A DNA stretch of 63,907 bases, filler included, from Choristocarpus tenellus KU-1152 (lineage: Eukaryota > Protista > Phaeophyceae): assembly GCA_964200185.2 (NCBI GenBank). It is 10 parts of 10 records of this genome, joined end to end, with 100 filler letters (N's around TTAATTAATTAA, not from the genome) between each part and the next. Parts side by side here need not be neighbours in the genome. Positions count along the whole stretch, not along the records: positions 12,219 to 16,749 come from CAXNAD020014123.1; positions 16,850 to 22,379 come from CAXNAD020010509.1; positions 22,480 to 25,834 come from CAXNAD020020584.1; 7 more parts are not named here. One strand, given 5' to 3'. Made by a program: the position numbers and the translations under genes. This document shows positions 12,572 through 23,039 of the stretch, in pieces. The stretch's first letter is position 1. Each line of letters starts with the position of its first letter. The notes under the pieces are model-generated. The model had not been told where the DNA came from. It did not search any database and saw nothing but the letters and a program-made list of their open reading frames with translations.

Positions 12572-13441
12572 TCACTTCCTATGCCTCCAACCTAGCTTAG
12601 CCCTACACCACAGGGCAACGAGCTAGGGAAGCATCCCAAGAATCTGACTGGTCCCTCCTCACCCATCTCCCTGGTGTCTCCTGCTTAAAATCTATGGCAT
12701 GTCTTGGTAGAGTCACTTGTATGAGTGAAAGTATTTTAGAGGGTACGAATTTTGTCCTGTTTGTCAATTTGGGGCTTGGCTTCCCATGGGTTTTTGACGA
12801 CATTTTACCTACTCCAAAATGTTTCGGGGTAGGTAAAATGTGTATGTTGTGAAAGGAAGTGTCCAGAACAAGGGTATTGACATCTCCTAATGAACATGAT
12901 AGTCAAAATTACATCAAATTGTAACATTGGATTTTGACCCTCAAATGGACGCGGCTCTACCCTCTAAGATGCTTTGACTCTATTATGACAGACACTATCT
13001 GTCGTAAACGGGATTTGACAGCTCATTTCCTGCTGTAGCCTCCCGCCCCTCTCTCCCCTATCGCGTGTGTAGCCAACTCATCCAGAAAATGTTCTGCTTG
13101 CTTAACAAGGCACCCAAAACCTTCCACTGCGAAGGTATTGAGCTTATAACTACGAGGGTCAAAGGAACCCCTGGAGTGGGTGCGCTTTCGAGCCTCAGCT
13201 GCAGCAGCAGCTACACCATTGCTGGTGGATGAGTGGGGTAGATGGGAGGTTGCTTGCACTTCTGCAAACGTACCATCCAGGAGGAGGCCTTTATCAATTA
13301 GGGAGCTGATCCGCCGTCCACAAGTGCCCAGGATGGAAGATCAGATCCATGGGGATATTCCTGTCCACTGTGAATGGGCTACCACCCTCCATAGTGCAAG
13401 AGATGCCCATTCTTTGCAGAGTTGGCCTAGATGATTCACCA
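12572..13441 (-). mobile_element. 5'-truncated CRE-like non-LTR retrotransposon (RLE domain plus 3' end), interrupted by a MITE
   Basis: Degenerate translation MVNHLGQLCKE..DRNIPMDLIFHPG..LLDGTFAEVQATSHL..AAAAAEARKRTH..FAVEGFG.L.KQAEHFLDELA; near-identical to 54635-55297. Confidence 0.75.
12723..12980. mobile_element. MITE family B (258 bp; TIR GAGTSAAAGTATCTTAGAGGGTA), TSD TAT
   Basis: TIRs at both ends and tat at 12720-12722 and 12981-12983. Removing it restores the CRE sequence seen intact at about 54770-54795. Confidence 0.9.
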
Positions 13442-13744
13442 TATACTAGAGGTTTTTACTATTATTTTGTTTAGAAATAAATCTTGCAAAAGTGACCACA
13501 TACATATAAAATGTTGTAGCCTAGAATTTGGTCTTTACTCTTGATATATCTGCAAAATATCAGAAGGCATAATGATATATATATATTAAAATTGAAGTCA
13601 CATCCACGAAAGGTTACCCTCGCACTTATGGCTCAGTCAGATGGCAGTCCACCCCTATCCTATCCTGTCCCTGACATGACCGGGTTTGAGCCCTCCCTGA
13701 GCCTTGATATGCTTCCCAGAATATTTGACTCCAATGGACCACAT

Positions 13745-13828
13745 GTGTTACAGCACGCTCCAAAAGCTCACCTCCATTTGATATGTAGCTCCAATCCACG
13801 GGCCTATAGATGACGCTGATGCTCTAAC
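13745..13828 (+). repeat. LTR-like dispersed repeat beginning TGTTACAG
   Basis: tgttacag..aagctcacctcca..atgtatagctccaatccacgg..tatagatga..ctgatg is shared with 16182-16390, 25674-25834 and 60729-60772. Confidence 0.55.
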
Positions 13829-14325
13829 AAACCTCCCAGGATACTCCGACAGTTAACAGGTCCAACGAGCTTAACGAACGTCAGGTCAGCAAAACAAGGT
13901 AATTTTCTCAACCAACATCAGTATATTAGAAGATGGTATCAAAATAGAAAAGTGAAGAGGTAGCATTGATTATGCGATGCTCTTTTATTTATTTTATTAT
14001 CAACCGTTTATTTGTTCTGGTTTATAGACGTTGGAATACATCTGAAAGTCATTGCATACATTCCCAAGTTACAGACCTTACTCTGCAACTTTTAGCAAAT
14101 CGGAGTTCCTCTTTATAAGGTTCCCCACGCATGTATACTGCTCGCGCTTGTTAGAACGCAAGAAGAAATATTCGTGCTCTTTGCCTGTAACATACCCCCC
14201 AGCGTGAACTAGGTATACATGTTTCACGCTTACCACAGGCAATTGTCATGGATCAAGACAATAAATATTATCCGTCACCCCAGATCGTGCTGCAGCAGCA
14301 TGTATTGGTTGCCATTTAATGACAG

Positions 14326-14440
14326 AGGGACTCCAGTTCCAAATATGCCAGCTGTTTCCAACACAGGGACTCAGTTCCAAATTAACCAGATGTTTCCAAC
14401 ACAGGTACTCCAGTTCCAAATTAACCAGATGTTTCTAACA
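14326..14440 (+). repeat. About 3 tandem copies of a 39-40 bp unit
   Basis: actccagttccaaattaaccagatgtttccaacacaggg repeated. Confidence 0.8.
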
Positions 14441-14522
14441 ATGATCGACATATCTCCTAGTTTCTTTTTCCATCCCCAAAAGTCGTAAGACGCAGTCAGA
14501 ATCAATAAATGCCTGACCAAAT

Positions 14523-15165
14523 CAGAGTATATACTTTCATTTACAAAATAGATAACTCCGACTAGGTTCAAAGCAGATCAACAAATAACCTTGTTTTTCT
14601 TGGGATAAATCTGTCCCAAGGATCACAGAATACCATCAGAATCAGTTTGCATATGGCATGATCTGAGTATATACTTGCTCCTTCTGAAACACACCTTCAA
14701 AAATGACAAAGCATACACCTCTGACACGTCCTAGAGTAAATGGATCCCCAGTTCCGATCTCCATAATCATTAATGTCATTAATTTATATCCATGTTCCCT
14801 TTGAAAGTATCTGTTCACCAGGTCACAAAATACAATCTGTCAAATTGCCTCTGGCCTAATCTGAGTATACACTTGTTCCTTCTGAACCACATCTTCAAAA
14901 GGTACAAAGCATACATCTCTGACATGGCCAAAAATAAATGGGTCCCCAGTTCTGATCTCGCTAATCACAAATGAGATTAATTTATACCCATCTTTCCTTT
15001 GAAAGTGTCTATCCACCAGGTCAGAGGATAAAATCACAATCAATTTGCATCTAGCCTGATCAGAGCACACACTTGTTCCTTCTGAGGGCCCAGGTCAAAA
15101 GTTACAAGGCATACATCTCTAATTTGGCTTACAATGAAAGGGTCCTCAGTTTCGATCTTCTCATG
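14523..15165 (+). repeat. Degenerate tandem array with a period of about 198 bp
   Basis: The unit start ctgagtata(t/c)acttg(c/t)tccttctga occurs at 14663, 14861 and 15061 (partial at 14523); each full unit continues caaa...caaagcataca.ctct...gg.tccccagtt..gatct. Confidence 0.75.
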
Positions 15166-16181
15166 TCATATCTGACCCTCCTTGGGATAAGCAAATAGTT
15201 TCTGTCTTGTTGGGTTCTTCCCAATCTCTCTCTTTGGAAGGTATTGTCCAATACAGTGAATTGAAATCAGAACCTTTTCCTGAACACCAAGTGCTGATTC
15301 CTCTTTCGTCTAAGACTTCTTGACACAAGTGTACCTGGAGGTCATAGACAAAGCATACCTTGTGCCCCCTTAGCCACCTGCGATTGAATTGTGACTGATC
15401 GAACTGCTGGTTACTTCTGTACCTGAAGGCAATGATTGCAATGAAGTTGAACGCAAACAAGCAGCAAGGGCACAAACTGACGACAAGAGTGAGCATGTGA
15501 ATCATGCGGAACCTACTCTGCAGAAAATTAAGACAAGCATGACACACAACATAAATACAACATAAATGCTAACGACAGCCCCTTGCATAATCTTGAGACC
15601 TCGAAATTATGGTCTAGGGCAGAGGTCATTGGTGTGACTCAGTGGATATACTAAGACAGTCCGCACTATCGCCTAGCCTCAAGGTCGAAAAGAGAGACAG
15701 AAGCCATACACTCTAGCCCAGTCCATTGACACGCAATCTCCGTTCCCCGCTAAGGGTGAGCCAGACATGTCTGATAAATTGGGTAATAGAAGAACAGTGT
15801 GACACACAATATTTTTTTAGGAACCTAAGTGTGCGAGTGGCGAGAAATAGCTACCTAGGTAACGTCTATAACTTGGCGGTCAGAGACCACTTGGTTAGGA
15901 TTGGAGGTGTATGGTGCCTCCTTTGGAGCCACAGATGCCATTGCGCCAGTTCCTTCCTCCAAGTTAGGAGGTGGTGAAAGCGGTCCAAGACTATCGAAGG
16001 AGACAACGAAACCAAGCAGAAGAAAATTCAGTAGACGGTGAAAACGCTCCAAACCATCCAAGGAGACGACGAAACCAAGCGGAAGAAAATCCATACCATA
16101 GTAGGGAGCTACCAAGAATCCTAAGTGCTGAGGTGAATCCTGAGTATTCTCTCCAGTTTGAAGAGACAAGGCAGGACTTTT

Positions 16182-16390
16182 ATGTTACAGCAAAGTCCAT
16201 AGCTTACCTCCACGGCATGTATAGCTCCAGTCCACAAGCCTACAGATGGCGCTGATGCACGTACAGGACTCCTGACGCACAAATCGTCAAGTATGCTGGA
16301 TCTCTCACTTAGATTATTCCCTTCAGAAGAAGTATAAATATCATCACATGGAAGGAACTGCCAACGACATAGGATGTTGACGTTGATATG
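16182..16390 (+). repeat. LTR-like dispersed repeat (longest TGTTACAG copy)
   Basis: Collinear with 25674-25834 over about 150 bp (aggactcctga.gcacaa...gtcaagtatgctggatctctcactt.gattat). Confidence 0.65.
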
Positions 16391-16977
16391 ACTAAGTATA
16401 TAATCAAGATAAATATATAATCTAGGACTTTAAGCTCATAATGGTGTTTATGAAACCACCAAGTTATATTGCTTGTAACACATACATGATGATGTGATTG
16501 GGGAAGTACACGTGTTGTACCAGACTGTCGCTAAAATTAAGTTTAAAAAACGAAAGGGACAAAAGCATTGGACGATGTTGGGGAACAGTTGTTCCAGACG
16601 GATGAGTACTGTACACACAACATGGAGGGTTTCTTTCCATAACTGAGGCGTTTGCAATATTTGATGTTTGGAGCTGTGAAAGTGTCAAAGGTGCCAAGTT
16701 CTTTTTTGCTCAAGGGGGCAATCACAATCACCGGACTGAACTCTTTCACNNNNNNNNNNNNNNNNNNNNNNNNNNNNNNNNNNNNNNNNNNNNTTAATTA
16801 ATTAANNNNNNNNNNNNNNNNNNNNNNNNNNNNNNNNNNNNNNNNNNNNCACAAATGGTTTTCATCCAATTTAATCAATACTGTGCATGACTTGTAGGGG
16901 AATGACCCCGTACTGTGGACTAACCATCTAATAGCCTTGACCATATTTTATTCCTCAAACCATATCGACTGATGCAG

Positions 16978-19900
16978 GTCCTGTGGAGGTGGAGTTTGGT
17001 TTGGAGTTATCTATGTGATACTCTCTGCCTTGTGGCAGGTGCTCTGGGTTAGCCAGGGTTTTGCCCTCAAGGTAAATGAAACCTTATAGTACTGGTGCAA
17101 TAGGATCAGCAAATGGTACCACTTCCTGAAAGGCTGTTCCCTCATGCTGCTTGCTTTGTGTGTGTATCAATCAAGGCAACTATTGCCAATTCCTTTATGG
17201 TGGGTTAGGGTTAGGGTTAGGGTTAGGGTTGTGCATACACGTAAATGGAATGGTATTACTTCATTCTTTTCTAATCTATAGCAATCATTGTGAGCTATAT
17301 GGCAGTGAGCGATGCTTTGGAGAGGGAGATGTTTGTATTGTGGAGTTTTTCGGGACCATTGATCATCAAGTCACTTCTGTTGTTCTAAGAAGAGATGTAC
17401 TATACAGTGTCTGGAAATAATGACTGGAATATTGAAAAGATGTAAATGTACCTATTATTTCTGTTGATAGCATTTATCATTACACAGTAATGAATTTTCA
17501 GAGTGTATTTATCCCACTATATTTTGTCCTAATAAGTGGTAGGTAGTACTCAGTGTATGCCACTCCCAAAATATGACATACTAAGTTTATACCACAAAAC
17601 ACCTTTTCTACTCAGTCTTGGATCATTAAGACGGCAGAGGAGAGGAGGGATGAAGGGAGTGTCAATGGGGCGATGTGGACCTACATCCTGGTGTGCATCA
17701 GTGGCATCACTTGCTTACTGTTGCGTACAGTACTCACTACTTATGGCAGTCTCAATGCATCCAAGTGAGAAAAAGAGTAAAATATTTTGGTGCTTTGAAC
17801 ATTGTTTTTAGCAAGTTCAGTATGTTTGAAATGTACGAAGTCTATTACAGTTTTTCCTTTTGTAAATAGTGTAAGGTTCTGCTTGCTGGCAAAAGGTATT
17901 GTGCCCTTTTCATTCCATGTAAGAATATTGTTTCAATTCTGCTAAGAATATATGTTTCATTTTCAGTTTGATGAAAATTCAAAAATCTTCCTTGCCTTTG
18001 AAAAGCATCGTGACTCTATCAAGATGCTGCTTTATGACAAGGATGAATAGGAAAAGTTGAAATTGAATTGTCATGATCATAACCGCTAGAAATGTACTCA
18101 ACAGTATATACCAAGTACATATTCTTGAAAAATGAAGTAATCCAAGATGTTTATGATGTGTATGTATCATTTAGATATAATACACTGGGTGTTGACATAG
18201 GATGTTGAATGCTATAATATTTCACGTTAGCAGAGATCTCAAACTTGGCTCTACCTAATGTATTTAGTTTCCCATCCTAAGCTGCCACCATGCTCATGAC
18301 TCTGCTTGTGCACCCTGTCATTTGTTTTACAGGGTAGTGCACAGGAACATGACAACAAGGGTGTTTAGTGCTCCCCTGGGGTGGTACGACGCCACTCCCC
18401 TTGGCCGCATCCTTAACCGTTTTAGCTCAGATTTGGCCTCAATGGACAAACTTGTCATGAGAGACATCTCTGCTTTTATTGATGTGGTATGTGTGTGATT
18501 TAGGGTTAGGGTTAGAAGCAGTCAATGTTTCAAGTGTCAATATGTGTTCATTATTGGTTGTGTGTGTGTGTGTTCATGGATATGTGGAAATGAAGGTTGG
18601 TTCATGTGTGTGTCTGCATGTGACATATTAGGGTTAGGTTCAGAGTCATTTATTTTTTGTGTTCTTGATTATTGACAGACTAATGAAAATATGCTTGGGT
18701 GCGCTTATAGCCTCAACACTTACTATTCTTTTCTTCAATACTATTCTATATTATTCAGTCACCTGTCATGACCTTACCTTCCCCTCTACCACTGAAATCC
18801 CCACCCCACCCTGTCAATCATTTCTTTCTCTGGATGCCACTCTGTCAATACAACCAAGCTACTGGGCGTTGTTGGTGTGATCACAGTAATTGTGGTGTCC
18901 ACTCCCTCACTTGCTGTGGTCATATTACCCATTCTTGGGGTATTCTTGTATGTTACAAGGTGCTACCTCAAGGTGAGTTAGTGTGCTCTTTGTTCACTTT
19001 TTTGTGTTTTATTTTTTCGGATTTGCGGGGTTTTTTCAATATTTTTAATGGTTGCACATACTTTACCTGGCACCCAACTTGTATGATTTGGCATTTTTTT
19101 TATTGCATTGTATGTATAGGTTACAACGTGTTTTTATTGGTTGGTGTAACTCCTCAGTAGATTGGAGTTCATGTATGATACTCATATGGCAACAGAAATG
19201 AAAATTTCAAGTAGTAAAGATGTTGCTGTAAGATGTCCTTGCAATATAGATGAATAGAAAATGGAGGTTCTACTGACACATCAATCTCTCAAGCCCTCAA
19301 GCACAGTTTTTTTTTTAACACTCCAAGATTTCACCCCTGTGAATGTAGACTGCCCAGAGTCTAAAGCGACTGGAAGCTGTGACCCGCAGCCCCTTATATG
19401 CACACTTTGGAGAGAGTATCAACGGTATGGCTATCATCAGGGCCTACGAGGTACAAAGACTTACCAGGGTTTAGGGCATAGAGTGATGAATATCTTTTTC
19501 TTGGGGTTATGGTTAAGGTGGAAGTATGTGGAAGACGCCTCCATGCTTGTGATTTCATTGAAGTCTTGTATGTCTAACATTCTTGTTGTCCACCTTCTCA
19601 CTTGCACCACCACCACCCCCTCTTCTCTCTTGTAAATTTCAATATAAAAGTTAATACTACTTTGAAAAAACCTCTGACTCCAGCACATAATTATTATTTA
19701 GACTGTTAAAGTTTGTTGGTACTATTTATATACTCTCTCTAGGGTACTATTTTGGGCTGCTTTGTCGGAAATGCTGTTAATCTTAGCTAAGAGTATGGTC
19801 ACTCATATTATTGTTAATACTCCGGAGTTAGGAGTGCAAGTAATTGTTGATGGCAGCTTGTGTGCAACAATAGGTTTTAGTGGATCCCACCCCACATTTC

Positions 19901-22192
19901 TGCCGTATTGATAGAAATTTTTTCCCTTCCATGTGATCTGACCTAAAATCTGAGAGGCTTGCACCTCGTTATGTGGTGAGCATATCCCTGTGCCGCAGTA
20001 TTCCATTGCACATTGCATAGTATATTCGTATATCCTTCTGAATCTACTCCTGAGTTTTCCAGAAGAAGATTACTCGATTCTGCTCCTTTCCCTGAATATG
20101 AAATTATTTATTTGTTCTTGGATAATTGATCAATAACCCTAATTAATCTTCCAGCAATATATTTTCTGATGGCTACACTGTCTGCACTGAACATCGTCAC
20201 CCTTTTTCTGAGCTTGGAAATAACCTTGGGGGTCTACACAACTACTCATCCGACCCAGGTCTTAACCTTTGAGACCTTCATGCCATAACAAGCAGCAAGT
20301 TTTAGCACAACTACCCCAACATCGATTTTGTGGCATAGCCCAGACATCTCCACATTTGTTTCTTCAAAGCCATTGACAGGAAAAGGATTTTGAGGACATA
20401 ATCTACTTTTACATCGCTAACCCTAACCCTAACCTGATTCTAATAAAATTATACCAAATTCCCTTCTTCTCCCCCCTCCCAATCCAAATAGACTTGCCAC
20501 TACTCTATTCTCTCTATTTTGTCTTTTGTTTTCAATGGGGTTCTTTTGCTCACACACAAATTGTCATCGAGTGCTGAGTGTATTTCTTCTTCCATCTATA
20601 TGCTCAGGTTATATGCGTACAAATATTTCTGTGGTTTGGTAAGTGGGTGGGTGGGTAATTACCTCTAATGTGTTTGTGTCTATTTTCTATGTGTAATGTT
20701 GGGGACAGGCACAGAAGCGGTTCATCAAGGACAGTGAGGAAAGAGTTGATGCTCTAAACAGGGCATACCTGTACCTCGTATGCACCACTTTTTGGCTGGC
20801 AAACAGATTGAGGATTGTCGGCTCTCTTGCGTGTGGACTAGTGGGAGCTTACCTTGTTGGACAGGTTTGATTTTTGAGGGATTTTTCAAGAGTGCGTTGT
20901 TGGTGCATAGGGAGAAGGAAGTATTGCCTTCCCATTGTACTTTGTGGAGCTCTTTCACTTTTTGAATTGATTTGAAGTCCTTTCAATTAATGTGTGCCTT
21001 GGCTGGTGATGCAATGCTCTGTGATGCGGAAGGAAAGGGAGGGCAGGCAGGAGTCATTGACACAAGTTTTTTTTTATTTTTTCTTGTATTGTAACCCTAA
21101 CCCTAACCCGACAAGAGAACATAGTGGAGAGTGTTTTTCTGTAATGTATCATTGTAATTGACAGTCTTTCAATCATACTGCTATGGTCGTGTTCTTCATT
21201 GCATGCTTGATATGAAATTCTGGGGCAAGGGGTAATTCATATTGTTTTGACATGATGCAGTACTTCGTTTGATGTATTTTTTCAGGAGTATGCTGAGAGT
21301 AGATGTAAAGGTGGTTCATGTGTTTTGTAGACAATCTTTGAGTGAAAGTATCTTAGAGGGTACGAGTTTTGCCCTGTTTGTCCATTTGGGGCTTGACTTC
21401 TCAGAGGTTTTTTCATTACTTTTTCCAACTCCAAAATGTTTAGGGTTAGGTCAAATGTATACAGTATGAAAAGGAGTGTCCAGAACAAGGATATTGACAC
21501 TTCCTACCAAACACGATAGCCAAAATTACATCAAAATTGCAACATTGGATTTTGGACCCCAAATAGACGCGGCTCTACCCTCTAAGATACCTTAACTCTT
21601 TGTATCTTGGCATTGAAGATTTTTTTTTTGCTGGGTCAAGGCTTGTATTGTTTAATACTACCACTATTTCCCCATTAATGCAGTCATGCAACAACAACAT
21701 GGTGACAGGAACCAATCTTCCACAGGCTACTTCTGTGCTTTTTGTTACGTTCCAATATATTTTGCACTGGTGCACTCCATGTTGAGGTATTGATTGCATT
21801 GTCACAAGGTTGTACTCATGTTGATGCACATGGATGCTCACATTCGCAAACATTTATAAATGTTCCTTATCACCATGTTTTTACTCTAGTCAGTAGATAG
21901 ATAGATATATGGGTGGGTGAGTGGGTGGGTGACCTTGTGCGTGTACTGTTATTCATCATCTTCAATGTGTGTGCTTATGATTCTGTTTGTTTAGCACTTG
22001 ACTCAAATTGATGCAACATTTTTGCTATTTTTTTTCTTTTTGTGTAAGGTGAATAACATTGACAGTGCATCTGGTGGCCTGGTCATCACCTACACTTTTG
22101 CATTTACTTTCAACATTGTGTTCACTGCTCGACTCTATGCTGAGATGGAGATCAGTGTCAACTCCATTGAACGCCTTGATGAGTACTGCAAG
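16978..22192 (+). CDS. ABCC/MRP-type ABC transporter, second transmembrane domain (internal fragment, 7 exons)
   Basis: Phase-consistent exons 16978-17071, 17616-17764, 18333-18486, 18859-18972, 19350-19451, 20709-20864, 22049-22192. Motifs APLGWYDATPLGRILNRFSSD, LKRLEAVTRSPLYAHFGESING...IRAY and EMEISVNSIERLDEY. Confidence 0.92.
17203..17230 (+). repeat. Interstitial telomeric (TTAGGG)n tract in an intron
   Basis: gggttagggttagggttagggttagggtt; similar short tracts at about 18500, 18628, 20417, 21093, 22747 and 33884. Confidence 0.85.
21340..21598. mobile_element. MITE family B, intronic, TSD TTT
   Basis: gagtgaaagtatcttagagggta...taccctctaagataccttaactc flanked by ttt on both sides. Confidence 0.9.
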
Positions 22193-22560
22193 GTATGTAG
22201 GCTAAGGAGGTATCGTCATCCCCTCAGAATCCATTCTCCCCTTTACCTTTTCCTCATCCTCTCACCTCCCAGGACTAACAACTGTTGAGAACCCGTTCCC
22301 AATATTCAAGGAGTGAATCACTTGCTCTGTCCCTCAATGATATCCCACTCCACTCAAGAACGCTTCCCCCTTCCTGGCANNNNNNNNNNNNNNNNNNNNN
22401 NNNNNNNNNNNNNNNNNNNNNNNTTAATTAATTAANNNNNNNNNNNNNNNNNNNNNNNNNNNNNNNNNNNNNNNNNNNNGAGGCGGGAGATGTGCATTAA
22501 CACATAAACATCATTAAAAAAAGCGTTCATAATCGTTTCCATCCTATCCATGAAGCTTAT

Positions 22561-22762
22561 GATTGATTTTCCAGCTCACCACGATTATTAATCAGTCACT
22601 TCGACGATTGATTTCCCAGCTCACCACGATTAATCAGTTGCTTCGACGATTGATTTCCCAGCTCACCACGATTAATCAGTTGCTTCAACGACTGATTTCC
22701 CCGCTCACCACGATTAATCAGTCACTTCGACAATTGATTTCCCAGCTAACCCTAACCCTAAT
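22561..22762 (+). repeat. 42-bp minisatellite (about 4.4 units) running into (CTAACC)n
   Basis: The unit gattgatttcccagctcaccacgattaatcagttgcttcgac starts at 22561, 22606, 22648 and 22690; a fifth unit at 22732 is cut off by ctaaccctaaccctaa. Confidence 0.9.
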
Positions 22763-23039
22763 TACTTCAAAATCGATATTGTACCACATCAATTCTGTAC
22801 CGCTTTTTTCGGGCATACCCATGGGTGAACAAAATCGGGGTACCTACTGTATGTAACAACACAACCACCAATCATTGACTGAAACACAAATAAAATTCGC
22901 AACACATACATATATTTGAAAATATATATATGCATTACCTTCAGCAAAAAATTCAATGAAGTATGGAAAACTTTCATGGATCAGAATTGATATCAATGGA
23001 AGGTTTTGTGTTGGAATGAGGTGTATCCAGACAATGTTG

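Noticed and set aside
14663-15165. Stop-codon reassignment suggested by aligned TGA/TAA in one frame of the 198-bp repeats
   Set aside because: The well-supported genes splice into open frames under the standard code; aligned stops are explained by duplication of non-coding or decayed sequence.
3158-22192. Arsenic-detoxification cluster (ArsO-like FMO plus ABCC exporter)
   Set aside because: The two genes are on different contigs separated by linkers, so there is no evidence of linkage.
22561-22750. CRISPR-like array
   Set aside because: The units are head-to-tail with no unique spacers, there are no cas genes, and the context is eukaryotic.
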